DNA from: Octopus sinensis | Taxonomy: Eukaryota | NCBI RefSeq assembly: GCF_006345805.1 | Contig: NC_042998.1 | Coordinates: 81,592,001 to 81,656,000, forward strand | Length of the DNA stretch: 64,000 nt | Direction of reading: 5' to 3' | In this document: positions 1-12,761 of the stretch, piece by piece | Layout: each line of letters starts with the position of its first letter | Position numbering within the stretch: the first letter of the stretch is position 1 | Notes under the pieces: generated by a model | The model's input: the letters and a program-made list of their open reading frames with translations, nothing else | Database searches by the model: none | What the model was told of the DNA's origin: nothing | Translations under genes and position numbers: made by a program

Positions 1-1258
1 CTCAACTGCTGGCCCTGATGGACATCCAGCAATCCTCCTCAGGTCGTGCAACTAAGTCCTTGCAAAACCATTGCAGCTTCTTTTTCAGAGCATCCTCGCA
101 AATGGTAAGATCCCGGACAAACTAAAGAAGGAAATAATATGCCCAAGACATAAAGGAGGAAGGAGAACAGATGCTAAAAATTATAAGATTATCTCTCTGA
201 CCTCAAACATCAGCAAAGTCATCATCGAACAAATAGTCCGAATGAAAGTGATTGCATTCCTTGAAGACAATGACTTGCTGACTGACACCCAGCATAGTTT
301 TCCACCAGGTAGAAGCTGTCTGATACAGCTCTGGCAGATTTACGACTGGGTGCTAAAACAGCTGCTCAACAACTCAAACGTGGACGTGATGTACCTCGTC
401 TCTGCAAAAGACTTTGACAGAATCGACCATGTTATTATCTGTCACAAGCTCCGAAATCTTGGTAAAATTGGAAATCCTGGAGAATGGCTACATGACTTTC
501 AAAAAAAGATAGAAGTCAGGTAGTGGTAGTCAATGTGGCCACCATCAAGATAACACAAATAATAAGTGGTGTTCCACAGGGAACTGTCTTGGGGCCTCTG
601 TTATTCATAGTGACCCCTTTGACATGCCCTTATCTGATTATGTAACTACCTTTACTAGCCATGCAGATAATACAAAGGTCTCTCAGAAGATACAGAACCC
701 TGGAGACATTGTGCATCTGCAACGTGGATTGAACGCAATATACAGGTGGGCTGAAGGAAATAACATGTCATTTAATGCTAGAAAATTCGAAGCTCTGCAC
801 TACAAACACAGGAAGCTCAATGAAAAGCAGATAGGATAGACTGGCCCAGGTGGGATTCCTTAATCAAAATCAGTGCGTGACCCGGGCATCGACATGGATT
901 ATGAGGCATCTTTCCAGTTACACATTACCAATTTGGCAATAAAATGCAGACGTCTTGTCTGGCCTGGTGGATCATTCGAACTTTCAAAATAAGGGAAAAG
1001 AAAACCATTATGGTCCTCTGGAGGGCTTTCTTTCTCACCTGTCTGGATTATAGCTCCCAACTGTAGTTACCAAAGAGTGTGTGTAAACTAACGACGGACT
1101 TCGTGGCGATCCAGAGAAGCTACAAGAGGAAGATCGATATAATCCCACATATCAGTTACTGGGAGAGACTGAAAGGGTTAAGTCTCTACTCACTGGACCG
1201 AAGGCGGGAAAGATATGCAGTAATATACAACTGAAAAATACTAGACAAACTTGTTCCA
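1..1258 (+). mobile_element. Degenerate CR1/L2-group LINE ORF2 (reverse transcriptase) fragment
   Basis: ORFs 71-523 and 624-839 plus intervening frames give RT motifs: GPDG, NYKIISLTSNISKV, QHSF..GRSC..QL, VDVMYL..KDFDRIDH, SGVPQGTVLGPLLF (~565-605) and HADNTKV (decayed YADDTK). Stops and frameshifts are present. Confidence 0.85.
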
Positions 1259-1259
1259 A

Positions 1260-1420
1260 ACTTTATTATATGGTAAGACAACAAAAGAAAGAAAGAGACC
1301 TCGATATTATGTAAATAGAGGAATTTATCTCTAACTGTAATATGTGGCAATTATTCGGTTGCCATGATAAAACTCCGAGTTTTATCATGGCTACCGAATA
1401 ACTGCCATATATTACATTTA
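1260..1420. mobile_element. Short PLE-like fold-back element (same family as 40540-40825)
   Basis: Near-perfect palindrome 1336-1416 centred on AAAACTC-C-GAGTTTT. The reverse complement of 1262-1380 aligns with 40709-40825 (GATAAATTCCTCTATTTACATAATATCGAG...TCTTTTGTTGTC). Confidence 0.7.
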
Positions 1421-1435
1421 CATATATATATATAT

Positions 1436-1685
1436 GACCTGGTGGTTAGGATGTTGCACTCAGAATCGTTAGGTCGTTGTTTTAATTCCTAGAAAGGTTG
1501 GTGCGTTGTGTTCTTGAGCAAAGTACTTCACGTTGCTCTGCAATCACTTTGATACCTGACGTGTGGTACACAGGGTACCTGTTCAGATAACGTTGATTTG
1601 ATGGAAGCTGTGGGCTAATGTGTGACACGAACATTTGATCACTATAAATAAATCATTTGTACATTTAGATTGGCAAAAGACCATC
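1436..1685 (+). mobile_element. Decayed tRNA-derived SINE
   Basis: tRNA-like head with A box (TGGTGGTTAGG) and a decayed B box, followed by a TGTGTTCTTGAGCAAAGTACTT core. Ends in microsatellites. Confidence 0.55.
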
Positions 1686-1739
1686 ATATATATATGCGTG
1701 TGTGTGGTGAGGGGTATGTATATATGTGTGCATGCATGT

Positions 1740-1753
1740 ATTACACACACACA

Positions 1754-1808
<55 letters not shown>

Positions 1809-1821
1809 CACACACAACCAC

Positions 1822-1887
<66 letters not shown>

Positions 1888-1900
1888 GCATATATATATC
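1740..1900. repeat. (CA)n/(TA)n compound microsatellite
   Basis: Read directly; representative of dozens of such tracts in the window. Confidence 0.95.
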
Positions 1901-3569
1901 CATATTAAATATTGTAATAGGGAGGTACGCATATGCCTATACACTTATAAATATATATAGACCTATGAAAATGAATGTGTGTGCGTGTATGTGCTTGTGG
2001 TTGTCCGTGTTTATATTGTGTGAAACGTTTCCTGTTTTACATTCAAACACTTCTTAGTTTACCGTTGGATGATTTCCTTCTTCACCAAAAGTGTTTTAAT
2101 CACTAGAAATATAGACTTTAGGGAGATAGCATTACATATTGACGAGGCGAAGATGGATTCTTTTCATATGGAACGCTTTCTAGGCGTTGTATTCAGAGTA
2201 ACTATTAACGTACTATTATTTCCCATTTACAGTTGTTGAACCATATAAACCTTTCTCGTAATTTAATTGCTTTTAATAGTCAATGCTTCGTTGTCGATAA
2301 TTTATTTCACATTTTATCGGGTCAAGAACTGAACGCTCATGTCAAATTTCATTCAGTTTTGGAATATTTATTATAGATAAGATGTTAATCGTGAATGTGA
2401 ATTCTTCACTAATTATCACCTTTTATTACGTTGCAGACATGTAGATAATTTTCAATAAAATCCATACAAGCTTCTCATAAAGAGCAAACAGCTTTCATTA
2501 GAATGTATAAAATATTCGGCGACAAATAAAATCTGAATATTCACGAAGAATCCTTTGACTGGTTTGTTTATTTATGATGTTAGATGAATTTAATATGTTT
2601 ACGTATGAAGTTGGATGAAATTACTGTATACACATCCATGTTTGAAAACCTCATACTGTCAGAAATTATGGCTTGCAAGTAGGTAGAAATAGGCCGTGAA
2701 ATATTTTAAAATTTGATGAATGGAAGCAAATATGTTTGGCATCTGAAATTCGTTTTTCTTTCTATAAAACAAATACCGAAATACTTCGCTACCATCTACC
2801 GGGTTTGCCATTAACAAACTCAATGCATTAAACACAGACTAAGTTCTTATTTTGCAAGTGACATTCATTTTATTTCTCCACTCTTCTATTTATACCATAT
2901 CACGTAATAAATTTCATCAACCAATTTCACAAGGCTATCTATAAATCTTCGAAGCCAACGTAGTCTCTTAATTTCGAACTCAAGTCTATTTGCATCATTC
3001 TGTTTTTTACGATAAATTTTAAAACTGCTATAGTGAAACAAGTACTATATTTCAATATTTTACATCGCAAATTCCACAGAGGCCGATTTTGCCTTTCATC
3101 ATTTAGGGGTTGTTAAAACAAATGCCAATTGAGCACTGGTATCGAGGTGGTCGACTTATCCTCTCCTCGAAATTGCTGGTCTTGCGCCAAAATTTGAATT
3201 TAATATTTTACAATGAAACCGATCTTTTGCAAAAGGAATCTCCGATCTCTTAACCATTGTAAATCTTCTCATTTTCAAAGAACATCGGTTGTATATTCAC
3301 GCGGATACAATTTGCGTTTCATAGCGATGCACATGTACTTTACTGCATATAAATAAATGAATATCTAACTACACATCCATAGTTATTAACAGACAGTATT
3401 CATTTTTCTTGATTACATTTGCTTTCTAATTGTGTTTTACATAATCTGTCAGTACTCAGTGCAAAATGATATGATTTTTCTAGTATTGCTTTTGATTTGA
3501 TTTCTTATTCGAATTGTATAGCATTGTTCACAGATCGAGAAGATATAGTTTCCAAACAATTACGCTATT

Positions 3570-3606
<37 letters not shown>

Positions 3607-3607
3607 T

Positions 3608-3641
<34 letters not shown>

Positions 3642-4535
3642 TTCTTTACCTCCACCATCACCATCACCACCATGGTTACAATTGTAAAATAAAAAATTGT
3701 GACTAAATTGTTATGCCATTGATGATATAGATCACCATTTTTATTTCGGTGATGATAAGATTTCAGTGCACAAACATGAGTAATCATTACACATATGTTT
3801 AAGTAACATTGTTTAACTAACAGTGGTAGTTGTCAGTCAGCGGTATATTAACAATATTAACATCATTTACAATATAATACACCGCTTGAGTTATATTTAC
3901 TTAGAAATATATCATTAACTGTTTAAATAATACATGTGTAACGGGATTCAGGAACATATACATATTTACTAATGGAAGTGGTTATATTTCGTTAAATGCT
4001 ATTTGAAGAAATAGCGTTTGAAAGCATTGTCAGCTTTTATCCGGTATAAAGAACCTTTCACTTTATGCAAAAAGGGTTATATCTTCTATTTGCTTCAGTA
4101 ATTTAACTGTGGCCATGCTGGTGCATGCAGAATTTTAAGTAAATGAATCTACCCCAGTACTTAGTTTTTAGCCCGGTACTTATTCTAGCGGTCTATTTTG
4201 CCGAAGCGCTGTGTTGCGGGGAGGTTAACATATCAACACATGCTGGCAAGCGGTGGCGGGAGAGCAACACAGACATAAATACACACGCACACGTGTATGT
4301 ATATATATATATATATATACATTCATACATACATACATACATACATACATACATACATACATACATACATACAAATCAATCTATCTATCTATCTATCTAT
4401 ATATATACATATATATATATTTACATATATATACATACATATATATATATATCTAATGCAGGATAAAATTTTTTCGAAAAAAAATTCTATGAATCGCCAG
4501 CATATAAAAAAATACCTTTAAAGGTTAATTTATAA

Positions 4536-4755
4536 ACAACTTATTAATAAGGGCAAACGAAAAAATTTCTAATGCCAAATATGCCGAAAATTGGACATAT
4601 TGTCCATTTACCATATACTTTTTTTCCTCAGTACGTACGCTACTGTCGAGTAGCGTGCGTACTGGGCAAAAAATATGTGGTAAATGGACAATATGTCCAA
4701 TTTTCGGCATATTTGGCATTAGAAATTTTTTCGTTTGTCCTTATTCATAAGTTGT
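4536..4755. mobile_element. 220-bp palindromic MITE-like element
   Basis: ACAACTTATTAATAAGGGCAAACG... pairs with ...CGTTTGTCCTTATTCATAAGTTGT. Centre is CTACTGTCGAGTAG. No HHR core seen. Confidence 0.75.
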
Positions 4756-4757
4756 AC

Positions 4758-4806
<49 letters not shown>

Positions 4807-4827
4807 GATTTGTATGTATATATGTAA

Positions 4828-4882
<55 letters not shown>

Positions 4883-4883
4883 T

Positions 4884-4926
<43 letters not shown>

Positions 4927-4938
4927 TATATATATAAT

Positions 4939-5164
4939 AAAAATAAGTAACAGAATGTTAAGTAGTAATGCAGTACGACCGTTTCAAGCAGCACCATTTA
5001 GTAAGAAAAGTTATATTAATATATCTTATCTGTTGAAAATCTTTATTTGTGCAGTTAAAGATAGCGCTGTATTTAAATTGGTGTCATGATTACCTTGTTC
5101 ATTTTAATGGCGCCGCTTCAAACGGTCGTACTGCATTACTACTTAACATCCTGTTACTTATTTT
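4939..5164. repeat. Inverted repeat (~60-bp arms) carrying an HHR 3'-half-like motif
   Basis: 4939-5000 is the reverse complement of 5104-5164. The minus arm reads GAAACGGTCGTACTG. Abuts (TA)n. Confidence 0.6.
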
Positions 5165-5259
5165 GATTTTATTCACCTTATTTCGAGCTGTGTGGATAAT
5201 ACCGGACTGTTTGTCCGTCTCTCTGTCTATGTCTCTCTCTCTCTGTCTCTCTCTTTCTT

Positions 5260-5336
<77 letters not shown>

Positions 5337-5974
5337 GACAGGCTTTTTTCAGTTTTCGTCTATGAAATCCAGTCAAAAGTCTCCGGTCAGTCCGACGCAG
5401 TTGTAGAAGACACGCAGTGGGACTAAACCTGGAACCATGTGGCTGACAAACAAGCGCCTTACCACACAGCCACGCCAATATGGAAACGCTCATAATATTT
5501 CAACTCGAAAATTTCTCTCAACAATTATATAATCTATAACTAAGCCTACCTTTTTATAAGTAGTATGAGAACTATTGTAAATTTTCAAATTCCAATTATT
5601 TGTAACAATTATCAGAAAAAACGAATCTTTAAGGGAGATGAAATAGAAAGTAACCCTACAACAATCCTCAAGAGGATATAAAGAAAAGAAACAAATAACT
5701 CTAAAGAAGATTTCAATGAATCAGTTAATATTTGTTGCTGACTTGTGAAATTCAAGTAGAAATATATTCTTTTTCATTTTTTTCTTTTGTAAATTCTGTG
5801 TTGGTAGCAGGAATTCTATTGGGTTATTACGTGCATGATTGAAACTGATAACGGTGTGTCAAATACCAAACGATATAATGGTAACAGTTACATGTTTGAA
5901 AAAATATATTTATATATTATATGAATATAGGTACATTGTAACAATTTATACAGTAACATTTTTGTTTGTATATT

Positions 5975-6312
5975 ATTCATTAGCTGTCCATCTGGCGCTA
6001 CCTCAGTTACGGCTACGAGGGTTCCAGTTGATCCGATCAAGGGAGCATAGAATATCCTACACGTGAAATTAACGTGCAAGTGCCTGAGCATTTCACACAC
6101 ACGCGTAGCTTTTACGTGTTTCTCAACGGGATTCAGCGTGACACAGAATGTGATAAGGTTGGTTCATTGAACTACAGGCACACCTCACTTTTGTTATCTG
6201 ATTTGACTGGAGCAACGTGAATTGAAGTTTCTTGCTCAAGGACAGAGCGAACCGGCAAAAATCAAACTTACGACCTTACGGTCAAGGCCGAACACCTTAC
6301 CCACTAAGCCAT
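5975..6312 (-). mobile_element. SINE family D copy (related copies ~13550-13800, ~25440-25560, ~53150-53390, ~54080-54210)
   Basis: Shared blocks AACGTGCAAGTG(G/C)CTGAGC, GATTCAGCGTG and CTGGAGCAACGTGAA...CTTGCTCAAGGAC. tRNA-like head at the right end on the minus strand. Confidence 0.6.
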
Positions 6313-6553
6313 AGACAACAAAAAGACAGAAAGAGGGAATAAGTTCACCGCAACACATTTTGAATAGCTTATATCGTATACTCTCAGCGGAAAAAGAGAT
6401 ATCAAAAGCTTTGAGGAAATCCTGTGATACCCATGTCCCCGTCAATCAGTCACTAACTTACTTTACCATATTCCACTACTACGCATGTTATGAAGAGATC
6501 CACGTAAAACTCATCGGAGTGGTCAATGCTACTGAGATTGAAACTATAAAACG

Positions 6554-6631
<78 letters not shown>

Positions 6632-6785
6632 CATAGGAGGTTAATAATGATTAACATCCTGTAAATACATTAGTTTGTTAACTTTTAGAATGTTCTTCTT
6701 TTTGGAATATATTATCCACTGACGATACACGCACGCACGCATACAAACACATACACAAATTCACAAACACGCATACAAGCATACA

Positions 6786-7075
<290 letters not shown>

Positions 7076-7698
7076 ACCTCTCTCTGCCTTTCTTTAACCT
7101 CACCATCAGAACATCACCCCTCCATTAAAATTATATTTTTAAGACTACTCCTATTTGGCATTAACTTGAACTAACGTTTTAAACCATATAATCAATATTA
7201 CGTTCCTCCTACTTCATATCATGTATACTTCTCTCTCCCTCTTTTTCTTTCACCCTCTTTCTGTCTCAATCATCGCCTTATCCTCTTTTTCACTCTCCTC
7301 TTTCTTTTCTCCCTCTTGTTCTATCTTTCCCCTCAACTAATTACGTGTAAATTTTACAATTACATACCTATCTACATCGCGTCATGGACGCTTCTCTCTC
7401 CTTTTTCACTCTCCATCTTTTCTTTCTCCATCTTATTCTCTAATCACGCGAAAGCGCTACCGACGGGCTAAGTAACGGAATGACGAGCAGTATTATTATA
7501 AGTTATTTATATAAGTTGTATTTAAAATTAAAGTTTAGGTAGTATACTTTAAGGTTAGTATCCAAACCACGTTATGGGAATGTCTCTTTTTGTGTGCCTG
7601 TAGAGTATATTCACCGCCTACGGCTACCAGGCGTCCTCAGGGATAGTGCACTTTCGTTGCTAGATGTACGTAAGGAATTCCTCGGAGCACGTTGAGTG

Positions 7699-7912
7699 TA
7701 TTCTAAATGATTAATACGGAAGACAGTGTACTGGAAGCTTTATTTCGGACAAAAATCGTTTCGGCTAACTTCTGCACTGCTTCCTGGTGGGTGTATTCTA
7801 TTCCATCACATCGCTCTCCCCCGTCAAGGGAGCTGTGCAGAAGTAAACCGAAACGATCGTTGTGCGGTATAAAACTTCCAGTACACACTGTCTTCCGTAT
7901 TAATAATGTAGA

Positions 7913-7915
<3 letters not shown>
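7699..7915. repeat. Fold-back element with ~90-bp arms and an HHR 3'-half motif
   Basis: TATTCTAAATGATTAATACGGAAGACAGTGT...TTCTGCACTGCTTCC pairs with GGAGCTGTGCAGAAG...CTGTCTTCCGTATTAATAATGTAGAATA. GAAAC-GATC-GTT at 7850-7861. Runs into (TA)n. Confidence 0.65.
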
Positions 7916-8003
<88 letters not shown>

Positions 8004-8379
8004 TACACATACATACACACACACACACATACTCGCTCTCTCTCTCTCTCTCTCTCACACACACGCATACAGACACAGACACACATACATATTGGAGAAC
8101 AGAATTTTAATAATATAACATAAAGAAAATCGAGTGTGAAATACATGTCTAAGAAAGAGCTACCACTTTCCATTCAAAACTATATATATATATATATATA
8201 GATAAGAAAGTTTGTTTGGTAAAGCACGTGGGTGAATATATAAGAAAATAGTAAAGTGTGAAAAAACGACAGAAGGCTTAAATGTTAAAAAATATATATA
8301 TTTGTGTAAAAATGTCTGGAGAATATTGGAAAAATTTTTTTTCCTTTCCTTAAAATGACATAATTTTAAAAATTTTTAA

Positions 8380-8417
8380 AGAAATTACCGGTTTCGCGTG
8401 TAGCTTTTCAAATTTCT
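8380..8417 (-). ncRNA. Minimal type I hammerhead ribozyme, U3-A8 core variant
   Basis: Minus strand: AGAAAU-UUGAAAA-GC(UACAC)GC-GAAA-CCGG-UA-AUUUCU. 6-bp stem I, 2-bp stem II, palindromic stem III. Lies in the PLE 3' repeat. Confidence 0.75.
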
Positions 8418-8554
8418 TGTGACGTTATGTTTATATTGCATGGAATTATCGTTGTTTTTATTTCCAGGAGATTTCTAAATAAGGGGAGGTAGTGAGTGAT
8501 TTTTTCCGGTGTAGGGGAGATAATCGCTTAAAAATTTTTTTTCCTTTTTCCTTG

Positions 8555-9590
8555 TTAATTTCTCTGTGTCAGTATGTTCGGATGGTTGAGTCTGGGTTTG
8601 TACTTTTCAATGAAGAATGTTTCCTTGTTCAGTCTCATTTGTGTTGATGATCCGAAAGCACATTGGTAAAATGGGAAGATTAAAAATTGTGGCAGTAGTT
8701 GCTTTGCGCATTTCTCAATGTGCTCACTAAAAGGTATCATTCTATATTCTGGGAATGCAATCTGTTGTCGATGCAGTGTGCATCTGCGCCTGAGTGATAG
8801 TCCCGTGGAACCCACGTAGTCTTGGTGGCAGCCCGAGCATTTAATAACATAAATTATGTTTTCAGAGGCACAAGTAAAGTTAGATTTGATCTTAAATTTC
8901 TGTCCCTCTTTAAAGAAGAATTCTGATCCTCCCAATAGGTTAGGACATGTTGCACAGTTCGATCTACCACATTTTTTTACTTTTGCATCCGTAATTTTAG
9001 AAGACAATTTTGCCTTTGTGAGAATCTTTTTAAGTGATTTAGGCTGTTTGTAGCTTTTAATGATTTGGTGTATGTTTAGAATTTCCTTTAATTTTGGTTT
9101 TATGAAGTATTGGTAAATTCTGGGTGATGATGGTGAAGGCTTCTTTGTTTCTGGGGTTGTATGTAGATATGTAAGGTAGTATTTTCGGGGAAGGTGTGTT
9201 GTTGTGTTGAACTTTTCTTAAAGTTTCTATGTTGATTTCTGTTGCACGTCTGAACCCATCCTCTATGAGTTGAGCTGGGTAATGTCTGTCAATTAGGGTG
9301 TTTTTGAGTTCTTGCAGTCTAAAGTTCCTGGTATTTTGTTCTGACACTATTGTGCATATCCTTCTTGCAAGGTTGAAGGGGATGTTTGTTTTAGTGTGTC
9401 TTGGGTGGCATGAATTAAAAAGAAGGTATTGTTTGGCGTCTGTGGCTTTGTAAAAATGTCTGTTTCTATTTTAAGGTTAATTTTTTTAATTAGTATATCC
9501 AAGAACGGGAGCTCCTTTTGGTTGTATTCCATTGTGAACTGTATATTTGGGTTTATGCTGTTCAATAGGTTTTTAAATTTTAGGTTTTTA
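8555..9590 (-). pseudogene. PLE ORF C-terminus: RT end/thumb, Cys-rich linker and GIY-YIG endonuclease (frameshifted)
   Basis: LNSINPNIQFTME..ELPFLDILI..TDIF; SCHPRHTKTNIPFNLARRICTIVSE; CGRSNCATC; CASENIIYVIKCSGCHQDYVGSTGLSLRRRCTLH; E..FIEKYKPRLN. Confidence 0.9.
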
Positions 9591-9591
9591 A

Positions 9592-10011
9592 AAATGTGGT
9601 AGATCGAACTGTGCAACATGTCCTAACCTATTGGAAGGATCAGAATTCTTCTTTAAAGAGGGACAGAAATTTAAGATCAAATCTAACTTTACTTGTGCCT
9701 CTGAAAACATAATTTATGTTATTAAATGCTCGGGCTGCCACCAAGACTACGTGGGTTCCACGGGACTATCACTCAGGCGCAGATGCACACTGCATCGACA
9801 ACAGATTGCATTCCCAGAATATAGAATGATACCTTTTAGTGAGCACATTGAGAAATGCGCAAAGCAACTACTGCCACAATTTTTAATCTTCCCATTTTAC
9901 CAATGTGCTTTCGGATCATCAACACAAATGAGACTGAACAAGGAAACATTCTTCATTGAAAAGTACAAACCCAGACTCAACCATCCGAACATACTGACAC
10001 AGAGAAATTAA
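9592..10011 (+). pseudogene. Inverted duplicate of the PLE GIY-YIG endonuclease domain
   Basis: ORF 9631-10011 translates identically to the corresponding part of ORF 8555-9007 apart from its first residues. Confidence 0.9.
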
Positions 10012-10146
10012 CAAGGAAAAGGGAAAAAAAATTTTTAAGCGATTATCTCCCCTACACCGGAAAAAATCACTCACTACCTCCCCTTATTTAGAATCTCCTG
10101 AAAATAAAAACAACGATAATTCCATGCAATATAAACATAACGTCAC

Positions 10147-10184
10147 AAGAATTTGAAAAGCTACACGCGAAACCGGTAATTTCT
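10147..10184 (+). ncRNA. Minimal type I hammerhead ribozyme, U3-A8 core variant (mirror copy)
   Basis: AAGAAU-UUGAAAA-GCUACACGC-GAAA-CCGG-UA-AUUUCU. One A shorter in stem I than the 8380 copy. Confidence 0.7.
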
Positions 10185-10419
10185 TTAAAAATTTTTAAAA
10201 TTATGTCATTTTAAGGAAAGGAAAAAACATTTTTCCAATATTCTCCAGACATTTTTACACAAATATATATATTTTTTAACATTTAAGCCTTCTGTCGTTT
10301 TTTCACACTTTACTATTTTCTTATATATATATATATATATATATAACTTCTGTGAAGTTTCTGTAAACTAGTGAACAAAGTTGAATTAGACGATCGCACG
10401 ATTCCGTACAGCACAGGAG

Positions 10420-11290
10420 CTCTACATTTCAACCTTAAAGACCACAGAGCGGATTTCATAACCAAACCCTCTATAAGACTCATCTACCCTACCCAATCGG
10501 ACTTAGGACGAATAGTAAGAATATACTTGATAATACTATACCTATAGTTGGACAAATTAAACGTCAAATTATGGTCTCGCACAGGTGGAGTTATAACATG
10601 GTTTCACCTCCTTGAAAATTTGATGTACTATAATTTGATATCAACAATTATTACACATTTATATACCTCGTTTTCCTTGACAAAGTTCTCATTCTAGCTA
10701 AAATGCTAGCAAGCATGACTCCCTTAGAAACATACGTAATTCAAACTGCCAGAAAGACACTCATCTCCTTCGATGATAACCTTTGGTGCTGTGCATCTAT
10801 TATTAATAATAATAGTAACAATTTCTTCGATATAATCATCGACTCCTCTGACTCTGCTCATGTCACTTATCTGGTCGGACTATACCTCCTGCAGCGACTC
10901 GGCGTGTATTTCCCTAACATCGAATGGGGTTTGTATAGGGACAATGCATTGTTGGTTACTACGGGTCTATCTAGATCCGCATTAGAGAAGACTAGATGAT
11001 TTACATAAATTTTTTGCTAATTTTAATCCATCCTTCACTTTTGAAAACACTCCCAAAAAAGTTAATTTTCTAGATGTTACTTTAGATTTAAAATCTTCAC
11101 TATACTCCCCCTACCGTAATCAATACCTCAGATACATTAGCATAAAATCTAATCAGTGTAAATCTACCTTCGATAGAGTAATCAACGACATATCTATAGA
11201 GATATCGGGTCTCTCAGCCACGGAGGAAATCTTCATTAGCCATGCTACATACTATAACCAGGCGCTAGCTGCTAGCAGCTTTAAACAGTT
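10420..11290 (+). pseudogene. Degenerate PLE reverse transcriptase of a second lineage (GLYRDDGL type)
   Basis: KPSIRLIYPTQSDLGRI, ARKTL, FDII.DSSDSAHVTYLVGLYLL, GLYRDNAL and VNFLDVTLDL..YSPYR across frames, with many stops. Confidence 0.8.
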
Positions 11291-12761
11291 ATAGAGATAC
11301 ACAGTTACTTTAAAGTGTGTCGCTTCTTGTTTCTTTTTCCACCTTATTTCTTCCTTACTCTACTTTGATAAAGGGTTAGTCTACTTCTTTTATGGTGCGT
11401 TTATTTGTTGTGGCGTACAATTCACATTGGACAACTTTTTATGTTAACTTTATTTTGTATACATTGTTTCCAACACCTTTGAAAGATTTTGTAACATTGT
11501 GGTAATCTCTCATGTTGTCCAACTGTCCGTTTCTTATTCCCATGGTTCTATTTGTGCCGTTTTCTCTATACATATGCATACATACACACTCACATACACG
11601 TCCTCTCTCTCTCTTAAACACACACACACACAGACTCATACACACACACACACGCACGCGCACAAACACACACACGCACACACACACACGCACACACACA
11701 CACACACACACAAGCACAAACACACACACACACTTATATATACTAATTCTTCAAACTAGTATTTGAAAACAAACAGTAAAATTAGCTTTCTAATTTATTC
11801 ACAATAGTCTACAGTTTGATTTATCTCCACAAACATCTTTGAAATATAAAATGAAAAAATATAAGCTACAGAGAATACATAAATATATAATGCCTAATTG
11901 CGAAATATATTAGTTTACTGTCTGGCTTCGATAGTTTTACTCTCCCCTATTTTCTGTTAGAGCTTATTGCTAAACAATTATGCCATTAGAATAATGATGT
12001 CTAGCTTTTCCCTTTAATCCTCTATTTAACCAGTAATATATAAATTAATGCTTGCAAACTGGGTTCATAGTTCAGTAGTGGTAATACAAAGTAAGAAATA
12101 CTTGTCATAGTTTACATATTTGTAACATTTCTGAAAACAATGCAAGACAGAACAAACAAAAAAAAGTGCAAATCAACACGCTTTCTCGAAAGATTGTATA
12201 AAAAAATAAGTTAAATTTGGAGGAGACAGCGAATCAATTCATTTTTCTATTCATCACAATATGAATTACGTTATAATTGGTATTGTAAATGTGATTCATA
12301 GTTTCATTATGGTAGACAATATCTATTTTAATATGATTATAATATTACTATTATGTATATCTAGTCTACAAGATGGTTGTAGGTTTTGTGATAATAGCTG
12401 TTTGAATCAAATCATATTCAATATGATGAAGATCACACAAATTTTTTATAACAACGAGACAAAGAGGAAGAAAACTTCACAAACTACTGCTATGCGGGCA
12501 GAGGGAATTGGGGTTACACTTTTTAGTCTTTGATATTTATGTGACATTGCTGGCATCAAGCGAGTCACGGAAGCTTCGTGCTCCTGAATATTTTGTTATA
12601 AAATGGAATTTTATAATACAAAAATTACTTAAAAGTTGACTCGTATAACGATGGATGACAATGAGGGAAGTATGTTAAGCGTTACGGAATGCATATTACG
12701 GCCAGAGTTTTTATAAATGCTATGTCGCCATGATGCAGGAGGTAGTTGCACTGTGTAACTA

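Larger units (their letters stand above)
8201..10327. mobile_element. Penelope-like retroelement (Neptune-like), 5'-truncated with an inverted second copy of its 3' end
   Basis: Near-identical inverted arms 8236-8975 and 9590-10327 flank a spacer that encodes the RT thumb. (TA)n on both sides. One arm has an extra ~35-bp tail (8201-8235). Confidence 0.9.
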
